DNA of 64,000 nt from an uncultured Acidobacteriota bacterium (GCA_963741955.1 CAVUKB010000006.1:256001-320000), one strand, 5' to 3'. Numbered from the stretch's first letter, positions 37,426 to 47,236 are shown. Notes: a model not told the origin generated them from the letters alone. Numbers and translations: made by a program.

Positions 37426-39144
37426 ATGAGGGACGTGAAGGCCCCGCGCGTCAAGATCGACCCGAAATCGCTCGCACCGAAGAGCGCTCTCGACTTCGAC
37501 GGGCTCGTGACGTGGGTCGAGAACGTCGTCCCGAAGCTCCGCCAGTGTGGCGTGCCGCGCCCGCGACGCAACCACATCCAGCGAATGTTCGAAATTCTCG
37601 ACCACGCCGGCAGCGAAGAGGTGTTGGCGTACGACTGGATCGCGCTGGCGAAAAAGATCGCGCAACAACTCGGGTTCGACGCGCCGAAGCTCTCCGGTCC
37701 GAGGAAGTTCGCCATCCGCGAACCCCGCATACGTACGCCCGGCGCCGCGCCACCATGGGGCCGCGGATCGCTGCCGCCATCCGGTTCCTCCGCTCCACGG
37801 AAGCGGAGACGCGAGAAGCGCCTCGCCACACGCCCTCGACGCGAGCCGATCGAGATGAACCCGCAGCTCGAGAAGGCCTTCAAAGCGGTTGCGAACGGCA
37901 AGCCGATCATTTTCGTGACCGGCGGAGCAGGGACGGGAAAGTCGACGTTCATCCGCGAGTTGCGCGAGCGATTCAGCGAGAAACAGAGCGTCGTCCTCGC
38001 CCCGACCGGCGTCGCGGCGCTCAATGCCGGCGGCCAGACCATCCACTCGTTCTGCAAGCTTCCGCTGCGTGTGGTGACGCCGGAGGACATCCGGGAGGTC
38101 GATGACCGGACGGTGATCGAAAAGCTCGAACTGCTGATCATCGACGAGATCTCGATGGTCCGCGCCGACATCCTCGACGGGCTCGAAGCGTTTCTCCGGG
38201 TCAACCGGAGATCGAAAGTCCCCTTCGGCGGCGTGCAGGTCGTCCTGGTCGGCGATCTGTTTCAGCTCCCTCCGGTGGTCACACGCAGCGACCGCCCCTT
38301 CCTCGAGGAGCGGTACGACTCACCCTTTTTCTTTTCAGCGCGGTCCCTGAAGGGCCTCTCGTTCGCACCGGTCGAGCTCCGGACCGTCTACCGTCAGCGC
38401 GACCCGGAGTTCGCGACGATGCTCCGCGCGATCCGGGAAGCGGACACTCCACACGATGCGATCGACAGAATCAACCGGCAGTGCGTCGGGCGAGAGCTCT
38501 CCGGTCGATATCTGACGCTCGTTCCCACCCGGAACGCGGCCGCCGCCCGTAACGAGAGGAGTCTCGCGGCGCTGAGCGGTTCTGCAAAAGAGTACAAGGC
38601 GCAGGTCGAAGGGACCTTCGCTACCGGATCCGACGATCGGACTCCGGCACCCCAGACCCTCGCCCTCAAGCCTGGTGCCCAGGTGATGTTCGTGCGCAAT
38701 CATCCGGAGAAGCTGTGGGTGAACGGAACGGTTGGGACGGTCGAGAAGATGAGTCGAGAGTCGATTCGCGTGCGTCTCGACGACGGAGCTTCGGTCGAAG
38801 TCGAACCGGTGATCTGGGAGAACATCCGCTACTCGTGGGACGAGAAGGAACAGCGCATCGTCGACGAGGTGGTCGGCACGTTCACCCAGTTCCCCCTCAT
38901 GCCGGCGTGGGCAGTGACCATTCACAAGGCTCAGGGACTCACGCTCGATCGGGTCGCGATCGACCTCGGCGGGGGCGCGTTCGCGGATGGTCAGATCTAC
39001 GTCGCGCTCAGCCGCTGCCGAAGCCTGGAGGGACTCTCACTCGCGCGCGCAGTACGCCCTCACGAGATTCGCGCCAGCGAGGCCTCTCGCGACTTCTACT
39101 CTCGAATCCGGACCCGTTCGCGACCGGTATCGCAGAGCACGTGA
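37426..39144 (+). CDS. PIF1/RecD-like SF1B DNA helicase
   Basis: GGAGTGKS, IIDEISM, GDLFQLPPV, TIHKAQG.T, YVALSR; start uncertain (37351 or 37426). Confidence 0.88.
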   Translation: MRDVKAPRVKIDPKSLAPKSALDFDGLVTWVENVVPKLRQCGVPRPRRNHIQRMFEILDHAGSEEVLAYDWIALAKKIAQQLGFDAPKLSGPRKFAIREPRIRTPGAAPPWGRGSLPPSGSSAPRKRRREKRLATRPRREPIEMNPQLEKAFKAVANGKPIIFVTGGAGTGKSTFIRELRERFSEKQSVVLAPTGVAALNAGGQTIHSFCKLPLRVVTPEDIREVDDRTVIEKLELLIIDEISMVRADILDGLEAFLRVNRRSKVPFGGVQVVLVGDLFQLPPVVTRSDRPFLEERYDSPFFFSARSLKGLSFAPVELRTVYRQRDPEFATMLRAIREADTPHDAIDRINRQCVGRELSGRYLTLVPTRNAAAARNERSLAALSGSAKEYKAQVEGTFATGSDDRTPAPQTLALKPGAQVMFVRNHPEKLWVNGTVGTVEKMSRESIRVRLDDGASVEVEPVIWENIRYSWDEKEQRIVDEVVGTFTQFPLMPAWAVTIHKAQGLTLDRVAIDLGGGAFADGQIYVALSRCRSLEGLSLARAVRPHEIRASEASRDFYSRIRTRSRPVSQST

Positions 39145-39472
39145 ACGGGTCGCCCTCCGGTTTCTTTGTCGCCTCGATCGGGGAGTGGCTCCGCTTCTCC
39201 CGAGAATGCAGGTGAGGGTCCCTTCGCGCTCGCGCCGTGATCCGCGCGGCGGATTACGAATTCGCACTCCACGGGTGGGAACGTGTCGATTCGAGCTGCC
39301 GCGAGAATCGTGTTGTACGCGATGAAACGTACGCCCTGTTTCGGACACTCGAAGGAGGAAGGGCCAGGTCCTCCCTCTTCGCGAACCGCGAAACCGGGGC
39401 GCCGGAGCAAAGTTTCCGCTCTCGCCGCTTTGACGCTTCCGTCGCGAAGAGGCATGATTGACGTGGGCGGAA

Positions 39473-40648
39473 ATGGCACGTAAGGCTAAGAGCGCCGGCG
39501 GGTCGAAAAGCCCGGCCCGGCGCAAGTCGAGCAAGGGCGCGGGATCCGGACAGAGTCCGGAAATTCGCGGATCGTCGCATCCGGTGGAGGGAAGCGTCGA
39601 CGACGGTCTGCGCCCCGAAGAAGCCGGAGTTGCGTCTGTGGCGACGGACGATTCGACCGTCACCGCGAGGCTTCCGAGAACCGGCAAACCGGCGGGCGAC
39701 CACGATTCCGTTCCCCACATCCCGCTCGACGCCGACGGCGACGAGACATGGATCGCGAATCGCGACGACCGCGAGCGTAGGAGCCCCGCAGGCTCGGAGA
39801 TCTCCGCGCGACGCGCGAGTCTGGTGGTCATCGCGCACCCCGATCGAACCATGCTCGGCAGCTCGTTTTCCATCTTCCCGGGCACGGCAATGACCATCGG
39901 GCGCTCGGCGGACGTCGAGATCGGATTCCCCGACGTGATGGAGGTCTCCCGGCGGCATGCACGAATCATCCGGAACAGCGACGAAACGATCATCGAAGAC
40001 CTCGGTAGCCGGAACGGGACACTGGTGAATGGCGCGTATCTCGACCGTGCGTGCAATCTCGCCAGCGGCGACGTCATCGAGCTCCAGGTGGTGAAACTGA
40101 AGTTCCTCGAAGGGGACGATCTCGAGCACGGTTACCACGAGGCTCTCTACCACCTGACGATCCTCGACGAGCTGACCGGCATCTTCAACCGGCGGCGTTA
40201 CGACGCGGAAGTGGATCGGGATTTCGCACGCTCGCGACGCCATGGGACTCCCCTCTCGCTGATCATCTTCGACATCGACGGGTTCAAGAGCATCAACGAC
40301 GAATACGGCCATCCCGCGGGCGACGCCGTCCTTCAGCAGATGGCCCGTCTGGTCGAGCAGCACATCCGCCGCGAAGAGATCTTCGCCCGCTCCGGCGGCG
40401 ACGAGTTCCTGATCCTCTGTCCCGACGTTCCGCTGTCGGGCGCCACCACGCTCGCAGAGAAACTGCGCGCTCGCGTCGCAGCGAACGAGTTCGATCTCGG
40501 ATCGGGAACGATCCCGGTCACCTGCTCTTTCGGCGTGGCTGGGATCTCGCCGGCGATGAAGTCACCCGAGGAGCTGTACGCTGCGGCCGACCGTGAGCTC
40601 TACCGCTCGAAGCAGAAGGGGCGGAACGCGGTTTCATCGGCCGAGTGA
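39473..40648 (+). CDS. FHA + GGDEF diguanylate cyclase
   Basis: IGRS...VSRRHA...DLGSRNGT; DIDGFK.IND.YGH..GD; GGDEF. Confidence 0.9.
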   Translation: MARKAKSAGGSKSPARRKSSKGAGSGQSPEIRGSSHPVEGSVDDGLRPEEAGVASVATDDSTVTARLPRTGKPAGDHDSVPHIPLDADGDETWIANRDDRERRSPAGSEISARRASLVVIAHPDRTMLGSSFSIFPGTAMTIGRSADVEIGFPDVMEVSRRHARIIRNSDETIIEDLGSRNGTLVNGAYLDRACNLASGDVIELQVVKLKFLEGDDLEHGYHEALYHLTILDELTGIFNRRRYDAEVDRDFARSRRHGTPLSLIIFDIDGFKSINDEYGHPAGDAVLQQMARLVEQHIRREEIFARSGGDEFLILCPDVPLSGATTLAEKLRARVAANEFDLGSGTIPVTCSFGVAGISPAMKSPEELYAAADRELYRSKQKGRNAVSSAE

Positions 40649-40795
40649 GTGAGGCCGGCCCGTTCGCAGAGCTTCACTTCTCCGGGGCACTCACCTTGCA
40701 GCTTTACCTCGTCCGTCTCGCGAGCGAGGGGTAAACCTTTTCCTCACGCCGCCGTATTTTTCTGATGGGGCATTTCGAGAAAGGAGTCGCCGCGA

Positions 40796-40951
40796 ATGGG
40801 ATGTCTTCGTGCAATTCTCTGCCTTCTTCTTCCGCCGCTGGCGGTGGTCGACAAAGGCGTAGGTAATTTCTTCATCGTTTTCGTGCTCACTCTGGTCGGA
40901 TGGATTCCGGGGGTGATCGCGGCGCTGATCATCTGCAACAAGCAGAAGTGA
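40796..40951 (+). CDS. YqaE/Pmp3-family small membrane proteolipid (51 aa, absent from ORF track)
   Basis: Translation MGCLRAILCLLLPPLAVVDKGVGNFFIVFVLTLVGWIPGVIAALIICNKQK; AAGGAG RBS. Confidence 0.85.
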   Translation: MGCLRAILCLLLPPLAVVDKGVGNFFIVFVLTLVGWIPGVIAALIICNKQK

Positions 40952-40996
40952 GAGAAGGGGCCTCCTCCGAGCAATCTGATTGCATCGGAGAGCCCG

Positions 40997-41180
40997 ATGC
41001 CGCGCCCGCTCGAGGGCCACTACACCGCGGCGCTGACCACAGCACTCCGCGCGCTCATTCCGTTCATCGTCACACCACCGCCTCAGCCCTCTTCCGTGAC
41101 GCTCTGATCCGCGATCTCGGGACGGACCGCACCAGCGTATCGGTGGCTCGGGGGCTGGCGACCGCGGGATACGCAATCAG
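40997..41180 (+). pseudogene. Possible frameshifted remnant of an MFS transporter N-terminus
   Basis: MPRPLEGHYTAALTTALRALIPFIV, then in another frame TTASALFRDALIRDLG...GLATAGYA; ends near the repeat cluster. Confidence 0.35.
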
Positions 41181-41265
41181 CCGCCAGCTCGCAGCGCCGC
41201 ACCAGACGCGTCTCCGGACGGAACGGGATATGCTCTACACTGGATTACTCACGGGGCTTCGTCGC

Positions 41266-41430
41266 CAGGAGTCTGCGCGATAGAAACGTCCGTAGCGAGA
41301 AAGCGAAGCAGCGAGGCCAAATTCGTTCGGATTTGAGGTGCGTAGCGGTGGCTACTCGCCGAAAATCGGGGCGGATTTGGACCGCTGATCCGCTTTCGCA
41401 GCAGGACAGTTTCTACCGCGCAGACTCCTG
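41266..41430. repeat. ~165 bp palindromic element, family B complete copy
   Basis: Terminal IR CAGGAGTCTGCGCG(A/G)TAGAAAC...GTTTCTACCGCGCAGACTCCTG; central GTAGC-GGTG-GCTAC. Confidence 0.8.
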
Positions 41431-41431
41431 A

Positions 41432-41562
41432 CCCGCATTTCTCACACCGTCTCGGCGAGGGGGCGGAGAGCGGCTTGGATACAGGACGAGCGCAGCTTCG
41501 GCGACGAAGGCATAGTGGTGACTACGTTGAAGAGCAAAATCGTCGTCTGACGCCGCAGACTC
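41432..41562. repeat. Family A element copy 3 (left arm and centre, divergent right arm)
   Basis: CCCGCATTTCTCACACCGTCTCG...GCAGCTTCGGCGACGAAGGCATAGTGGTGACTA matches 2130-2224. Confidence 0.75.
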
Positions 41563-41609
41563 CCAAGCTGCGTTGCTCCCACCGTCTCGTTGCAAGGAAG
41601 GAGATCTTG

Positions 41610-43250
41610 ATGCCCACGTCAGAGAACGCCGGAACGCTTCCGACGCACGACATGCTGATCAACGTTCCCAGGCTGGTCACGCAGTACTTCGCTCTTCGAC
41701 CCGATCCGGCGGTACGTGAACAGCGCGTGGCGTTCGGCACCTCGGGACATCGCGGATCCGCGCTCAACCGCTCGTTCAACGAGCTTCACATCCTCGCGAC
41801 CACTCAGGCGATCTGCGACTATCGGCGCGATCAGGGAATCGAGGGACCCCTCTTCCTGGGCGTCGACACCCACGCGCTCTCGGAGCCCGCCTTCGCAACC
41901 GCGATGGAGGTACTCGCCGCCAACGGAGTCGAAGTGATGATCGATCACGATCTCGGGACGACGCCAACGCCGGTCGTCTCGCATGCGATCCTCCTGTGGA
42001 ACCGAAATCGTAAGGATCATCTCGCCGACGGCATCGTCGTCACTCCGTCGCACAACCCCCCGGAAGACGGTGGGTTCAAGTACAACCCTCCTCACGGCGG
42101 CCCGTCGGAGTCGGCGGCGACGAATGCGATCGAAGCGGCCGCGAACCGGCTGATGGAGGATCCGAAGCCGATCCGGCGGACGTCGCTCGCGGCGGCGTTG
42201 TCCGCACCGACCACCCGACGCCACGATTACATCGGTGAGTACACCAGCGACCTCGCGAGCGTGGTGGATCTGGACGCCATTCGAGGGTCGGGTCTCCACA
42301 TCGGCGTCGATCCGATGGGAGGAGCCGGCGTCGCGTTCTGGCCGGTGATCCGGGAGCGATGGGGCCTCGACATCGAGATCGTGAACGATGAGGTCGATCC
42401 GACCTTCCGTTTCATCCCCCTCGACTGGGACGGGCGGATCAGGATGGATTGCTCGTCGCCCTATGCCATGGCGGGGCTCATCGCGCTGCGCGACCGTTTC
42501 GATGTCGCGTTCGGTAACGACACCGACAACGACCGTCATGGAATCGTCGTCCCCGGCATCGGACTTCTCGATCCGAACCGCTACCTCGCCGTCGCAATCT
42601 CGTATCTCTTCGCGAACCGTCCGGAGTGGCCGGAGAGCGCCGCGGTCGGGAAGACGGTAGTCAGCAGCAGTCTCATCGACAGAGTCACTGCCGGTCTGGG
42701 ACGAAAGCTCTACGAAGTCCCGGTCGGGTTCAAGTGGTTCGTGAGCGGGCTTCTCGACGGCTCGCTCGGGTTCGGAGGTGAGGAGAGTGCCGGCGCGTCA
42801 TTTCTCCGCCGGAATGGCGAGGTCTGGACCACCGACAAGGACGGAATCATCATGGGTCTCCTCGCCGCCGAGATGACTGCCCGCACGGGACGCGATCCAG
42901 GTGAACTCGCGTCAGAGCTGCTGCAGAAGCACGGCCCGTCGTTCTACCAGCGGGTCGATGCTCCCGCCACGCCCGAACAGAAGGCGAAGCTCGGAAAGCT
43001 TTCGACGGAGTCGGTGACGGCGAAGGAGCTCGCCGGCGATCCGATCGACACGATTCTCACTCATGCGCCTGGTGACGGGAATCCGATCGGAGGGCTGAAG
43101 GTGACATCCCGGAACGGTTGGTTCGCCGCACGCCCCTCCGGGACCGAGAACATCTACAAGATCTACGCGGAGAGCTTCGTCAGTGAAGAGCACCTCTCCC
43201 GGATTCAGGAGGAAGCGAAGGAAGTCGTAGCGGAGGCGCTGGAGCAATGA
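41610..43250 (+). CDS. pgm: Phosphoglucomutase (alpha-D-glucose-1,6-bisphosphate-dependent)
   Basis: FGTSGHRGS, TPSHNPP, DTDNDRH, GGEESAGAS, ARPSGTE. Confidence 0.95.
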   Translation: MPTSENAGTLPTHDMLINVPRLVTQYFALRPDPAVREQRVAFGTSGHRGSALNRSFNELHILATTQAICDYRRDQGIEGPLFLGVDTHALSEPAFATAMEVLAANGVEVMIDHDLGTTPTPVVSHAILLWNRNRKDHLADGIVVTPSHNPPEDGGFKYNPPHGGPSESAATNAIEAAANRLMEDPKPIRRTSLAAALSAPTTRRHDYIGEYTSDLASVVDLDAIRGSGLHIGVDPMGGAGVAFWPVIRERWGLDIEIVNDEVDPTFRFIPLDWDGRIRMDCSSPYAMAGLIALRDRFDVAFGNDTDNDRHGIVVPGIGLLDPNRYLAVAISYLFANRPEWPESAAVGKTVVSSSLIDRVTAGLGRKLYEVPVGFKWFVSGLLDGSLGFGGEESAGASFLRRNGEVWTTDKDGIIMGLLAAEMTARTGRDPGELASELLQKHGPSFYQRVDAPATPEQKAKLGKLSTESVTAKELAGDPIDTILTHAPGDGNPIGGLKVTSRNGWFAARPSGTENIYKIYAESFVSEEHLSRIQEEAKEVVAEALEQ

Positions 43251-43290
43251 CCAGGCGAGACGGACCGAGCAATCCGGCTTTATCGTCTTC

Positions 43291-44337
43291 TCAGCTTTCC
43301 GGCTGGTCGTAGGCCTTCTCGTCACCGGGGGGCGCCGAGCCGGTGAGGGCGGCGACGATCCGCTCGACGTGGATGTGGCTCGTCTCGATGAACTCCTTCA
43401 CGCCGCCGACCTGAGTCCCGGCCGCCGCGGTACCGGCGACGAAGATCCCCGGCACGCTGCTCTCCATCGTCTCGGGCGCGAGACGCGGACGCTTCGCTGC
43501 GCCTTCCAGCACCAGACCCGCGTTCTCGAAGAGTGAAGAATCCTGCACGTATCCGGTGAGGAGAAGGACCGCGTCCGCTTCCACCTCCAGACGATCCTCC
43601 GGATCTTCCTCACTCCGGAGCACCGCCGCGTCGCCGCGGATCTCGCAGAGAGTGGTTCGGGGAAGGAACCGGATCTTTCCGTCACGGATCATGGAACGGA
43701 TCTCGGGAAGAAGCCACGCCTTCACCCGCTCCGGATCGAGCTCGGCGCCGTGATAGGAAAGGGTCACGTCTGCACTTACTCGCGCGCAACGGATGGCGGC
43801 TTCGACCGCAGAATTCTTCCCCCCCACGATCAGCACTCTTCTGCGGAAGTACAGATGCGGATCTTCGAAGTAGTGACTGACGTGCGGGAGGTTCTCTCCC
43901 GGAACGCCGACGATCCTCGGCCGATGCATGTCGCCGATCGCGAGGACGACCTTCCAGGCGCGCCAGGTGCGGTCACCATCGGCCCGTCGGGTGCGAACGG
44001 AGAACCATCCCTCCGCATCGCGTTCGATCGAGGTGACACGTTCGAACGTATGGATCTCCAGTCCGAACTGGAGGACGACCGAGCGGAGGTATGTCAGGTA
44101 CTCCTCCCGGGTCGCTTTCGACTGGTCGAGCGTCTGCAGCGGGACACCGGCGATGGCGATTCTCTCCGGAGAGGAGAAGAAGTGAGTCTGCGGAGCGTAC
44201 CAGGAGATGGTCGATCCGATCTGGTCCGCGTCGAGATGCGCGTAACCGATCCCCGCGCGCTTCAGCGCGACCGCGAGCTCGATCCCGATCGGGCCGGCAC
44301 CGACGATGAGAACGTCCGTGGTCTTTTCTTCGGTCAC
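43291..44337 (-). CDS. YpdA-like FAD-dependent disulfide oxidoreductase
   Basis: GAGPIG, FFSS.ERI, TREEYL.Y, HYF.DPH.Y, GGKNSA, FIE. Confidence 0.8.
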   Translation of the reverse strand: MTEEKTTDVLIVGAGPIGIELAVALKRAGIGYAHLDADQIGSTISWYAPQTHFFSSPERIAIAGVPLQTLDQSKATREEYLTYLRSVVLQFGLEIHTFERVTSIERDAEGWFSVRTRRADGDRTWRAWKVVLAIGDMHRPRIVGVPGENLPHVSHYFEDPHLYFRRRVLIVGGKNSAVEAAIRCARVSADVTLSYHGAELDPERVKAWLLPEIRSMIRDGKIRFLPRTTLCEIRGDAAVLRSEEDPEDRLEVEADAVLLLTGYVQDSSLFENAGLVLEGAAKRPRLAPETMESSVPGIFVAGTAAAGTQVGGVKEFIETSHIHVERIVAALTGSAPPGDEKAYDQPES

Positions 44338-44454
44338 TTCGCCTCCTCCGTCGCGGGAGTGTATCGCGGCGGAAGGGTCAGGTGCGTCCACCTCTCGATG
44401 GATGGGTCGGAGCGTCTTCGCAAGGCCCGGGATGGACGCTATCATTCTCCGGCC

Positions 44455-44955
44455 ATGCCTTCCGAGCTCCACGCATACCTCACCGAAGATCATCAACGGC
44501 TCGATGCGCTCCTGGAGAGAGTGATCCGCCCCGATGGCACCATCGACCACGAAAGCTATACCGCGTTTCGTGCCGGTCTTCTCCGGCACATCGGAATCGA
44601 GGAGCGCATCCTCTTCCCCGAGCTCCGCCGCCAGGGGATCTTCTCGCCCGTCGAGGTGCAGCTCCACCGGGATCATGCGGCACTCGCAGCACTCCTCATG
44701 CCTCCTCCCGACGCGGCGCTGATGTCGACCATCGCCGGAATCCTCGCCGAGCACAACCCCCTCGAGGAGTTTCCCGGCGGGCTCTATGAGCGGATGGAGG
44801 AGCTTGCGGCAGACGAGCTCGGAAACCTGGTGGAGAAGATCCGGAACACTCCTCCGGTGCGCCTGGCTCCGCACATGGACACCGAGATCACGCGCAGCAG
44901 CATCGAGCAGCTCCTGAGAGAGGCGGAGGAGGGAAGGAAAGCATTGCGGAAGTAG
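44455..44955 (+). CDS. Hemerythrin/HHE domain protein
   Basis: DHQRLD, RHIGIEE.ILFP, DH, HNPLEE. Confidence 0.8.
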   Translation: MPSELHAYLTEDHQRLDALLERVIRPDGTIDHESYTAFRAGLLRHIGIEERILFPELRRQGIFSPVEVQLHRDHAALAALLMPPPDAALMSTIAGILAEHNPLEEFPGGLYERMEELAADELGNLVEKIRNTPPVRLAPHMDTEITRSSIEQLLREAEEGRKALRK

Positions 44956-45053
44956 AGCGATGTGGATCCTCCGGGGGCTACCCACCGGCCACCAAATCGG
45001 CTACCCTTCAGTATCCCCGGCAATCCTCAGTTCCTCTCGTGAAGGAGTGACCG

Positions 45054-45890
45054 ATGGCAGGAAAGTCCTGGTCCCGCTCTCTTCGTGTGGTCTCGGCCGT
45101 CGCCTCGAACTCTGTCCCGCTGATCGGCGTACTACGCTTCCAGTGGCCGGCGGCCAACCTCCTCTTTCTCTTCTGGGCGGAGACATTCTTCGGCGGTATT
45201 GCACAGATCATCCGGATCATCATCCACCGAAAACTGACTCATCTCCGCGGTCACTACCGGAGCCACAAAGACGATGCGATCTCCCGCCGCATCACCGGCC
45301 AGCCGGAGTTGAAGACGACGTACCTCGCGGAGTTCTGCGGGACGTACATCCCGTTCACCCTGGCCCACGTCTTTCTCCTGGCGGTCGGTCTCGGCGTCCT
45401 CCGCAACGAAGCCGGCCCGGGCTCCGGATCGCAATGGTACATTCAGCTGCACAGCCTCGTCCAGGGGACGGCCATCATCGCGGCAGTTGCGTTCCTCGAG
45501 CTGGCGGTCGAGCTGCCGTTCCTTGCCAACCGCTCCTTTGCGTCGATCCGTCTCCGTGGGGATCAGTTCCTCGGGCGCATTCTGATGCTGCACATGTCTC
45601 TGCTCGGCGGGATTTTTCTTCTCGTCTGGTTCGGGCAGCCGATCGCCTTCCTCGCGATCCTGGTCGGCCTCAAGCTCCTCTGGGATCTCGGATACGCGTT
45701 CTACGGTGACAAGGCGAATCAGCTGCCGGAGAAGACGCCCGGCTGGATCCGCGCCCTCGGCCGGATGACCGACTTCGATGCCGACGAGGCGTGGAAGGGA
45801 ATCATCCGGGAGCAGGAAGCGGAGCTCGCCGCGGACGAACGCCCGGTCATACCGGACCAAGTCACACCGGTTCTCGGTGAAAATGCCTGA
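45054..45890 (+). CDS. DUF6498-like membrane protein
   Basis: NSVPLIGVL.F.W...LLFLFWAE, RI..LH. Confidence 0.6.
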   Translation: MAGKSWSRSLRVVSAVASNSVPLIGVLRFQWPAANLLFLFWAETFFGGIAQIIRIIIHRKLTHLRGHYRSHKDDAISRRITGQPELKTTYLAEFCGTYIPFTLAHVFLLAVGLGVLRNEAGPGSGSQWYIQLHSLVQGTAIIAAVAFLELAVELPFLANRSFASIRLRGDQFLGRILMLHMSLLGGIFLLVWFGQPIAFLAILVGLKLLWDLGYAFYGDKANQLPEKTPGWIRALGRMTDFDADEAWKGIIREQEAELAADERPVIPDQVTPVLGENA

Positions 45891-45952
45891 TATATAATAG
45901 CTGATATCTACCAACTAATATTTATAATTTATATCAAGACGTAATATCGGTA

Positions 45953-47236
45953 CTATCTTTGACGCACCTCTCGCGTCTGTCGATCGGCGGCGAGACGTTC
46001 GAGCTCGTCGCACGCGTCACCGATTCCGTCCTCCCCCGCCATCCGGTCGCGGATGGCGGCACACGCGGACCTGACTGCTCCGCTCTCCACGATCGACTCG
46101 AGCGCTGCCGAGAGGCGTCCCGGCTCGAACCGGCGCGGTGAGAGCCTCACTCCCACGCCGAGCCGCTCCAGTCGCGCAGCATTGTCGAGCTGGTCGAACG
46201 CCATCGGCATCACCACTTGAGGAGCTCCCGCCGCCAGACCGCTCGCGCACGTGCCGATTCCACCGTGATGAACCAGAGCCGCTGCCCGCGGGAGGAGCTG
46301 GTGCAGAGGCGCGAACGGTTCGTAGCGGACACCCTGCGGGAGCACCGGCGGAATCTGCTCCCGCCACCCGGTCAGCAGGAGAGCCCGCCTCCCGCTCCGT
46401 CCCGCCGTTTCGATCGCGGTGTTGAAAAACCCGGAGGCCTGGCGGTTCGCGGTTCCGGCAGTGAAGACGATCGGTGCGGGTCCGTCGAGGAGCCATGCAT
46501 CGAGTGATGGGGTCAGATCTTCGGAATCGAAGCGCACCAGAGGGAACCCGGTGAGCTTCGTCTGCCGTGGCCATTCCGGCTGCGGCCTGGCGAACCACTC
46601 GGGGAAGAGACCGAGCAGCAGATCGGATCGATGCATCTCATCGCCGAAGAGGCGTGAGACCGGCGGGAGGCCATGATCGGCGCGAAGTCGGTTGTAGGCC
46701 GGAAGGAGCGGCGGGTCGATGACCAGGCGATCCACTCCGCGCCAGAAGAGATCGAACAGCGGCGCGGGGAGCCGCCCGAGTTCGAGGCCTGCGGCGACCA
46801 CGGGTGCGTCGGTTCTGGAGCGGAAGACGCCGGGAGCAAGATGAATGGTTGCCGTGGCGAGCCCGTTCTTTTCGCCGAACGAGCGCGTGGGGAACGAAAG
46901 TGAATGGGCGACGAGGATCGGTCGCGTCTCTCCCACACTTTCGTCGAGCAGCGACCAGGCGCGCTCGAGGTTCCCGGCGACGATCCTGAGTATGGATCGA
47001 ATGCCGCGGCGGGGATGCCAGAGGTCGGGATCGAGAACCTGACGTTCGTACTCTTCCGCCGGCCAGGTGGAAACGAATCGCATTCCCCCTTCTTCGGCGA
47101 ACCGGCGGAACGGCTCCGCAGTCATCAGGGTGACGCGGTGACCGCGACGTACGAGCTCTCTTCCGATACCCGCGAACGGACGTACGTCTCCCCCCGATCC
47201 CACCGGCGTCAGAACGAAGTGCGTGATCGGCGTCAT
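45953..47236 (-). CDS. GT1-family glycosyltransferase (RhlB/sterol glucosyltransferase-like)
   Basis: GSGGDVRP, VHHGGIGT, AFDQ.DNA. Confidence 0.85.
   Translation of the reverse strand: MTPITHFVLTPVGSGGDVRPFAGIGRELVRRGHRVTLMTAEPFRRFAEEGGMRFVSTWPAEEYERQVLDPDLWHPRRGIRSILRIVAGNLERAWSLLDESVGETRPILVAHSLSFPTRSFGEKNGLATATIHLAPGVFRSRTDAPVVAAGLELGRLPAPLFDLFWRGVDRLVIDPPLLPAYNRLRADHGLPPVSRLFGDEMHRSDLLLGLFPEWFARPQPEWPRQTKLTGFPLVRFDSEDLTPSLDAWLLDGPAPIVFTAGTANRQASGFFNTAIETAGRSGRRALLLTGWREQIPPVLPQGVRYEPFAPLHQLLPRAAALVHHGGIGTCASGLAAGAPQVVMPMAFDQLDNAARLERLGVGVRLSPRRFEPGRLSAALESIVESGAVRSACAAIRDRMAGEDGIGDACDELERLAADRQTREVRQR

Noticed and set aside
37351-39144. Helicase as part of an anti-phage system or mobile element
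   Set aside because: No nuclease, integrase or defence partner adjacent; composition matches the flanks
2126-41562. Dispersed repeats considered as CRISPR, attC sites or tRNA
   Set aside because: No regular repeat-spacer periodicity, no cas or integrase gene, no attC core pattern, no cloverleaf
44338-44985. N-terminal extension of ORF 43291..44985
   Set aside because: It is antisense to the hemerythrin gene; a GTG start at 44337 with RBS fits the FAD-binding motif position
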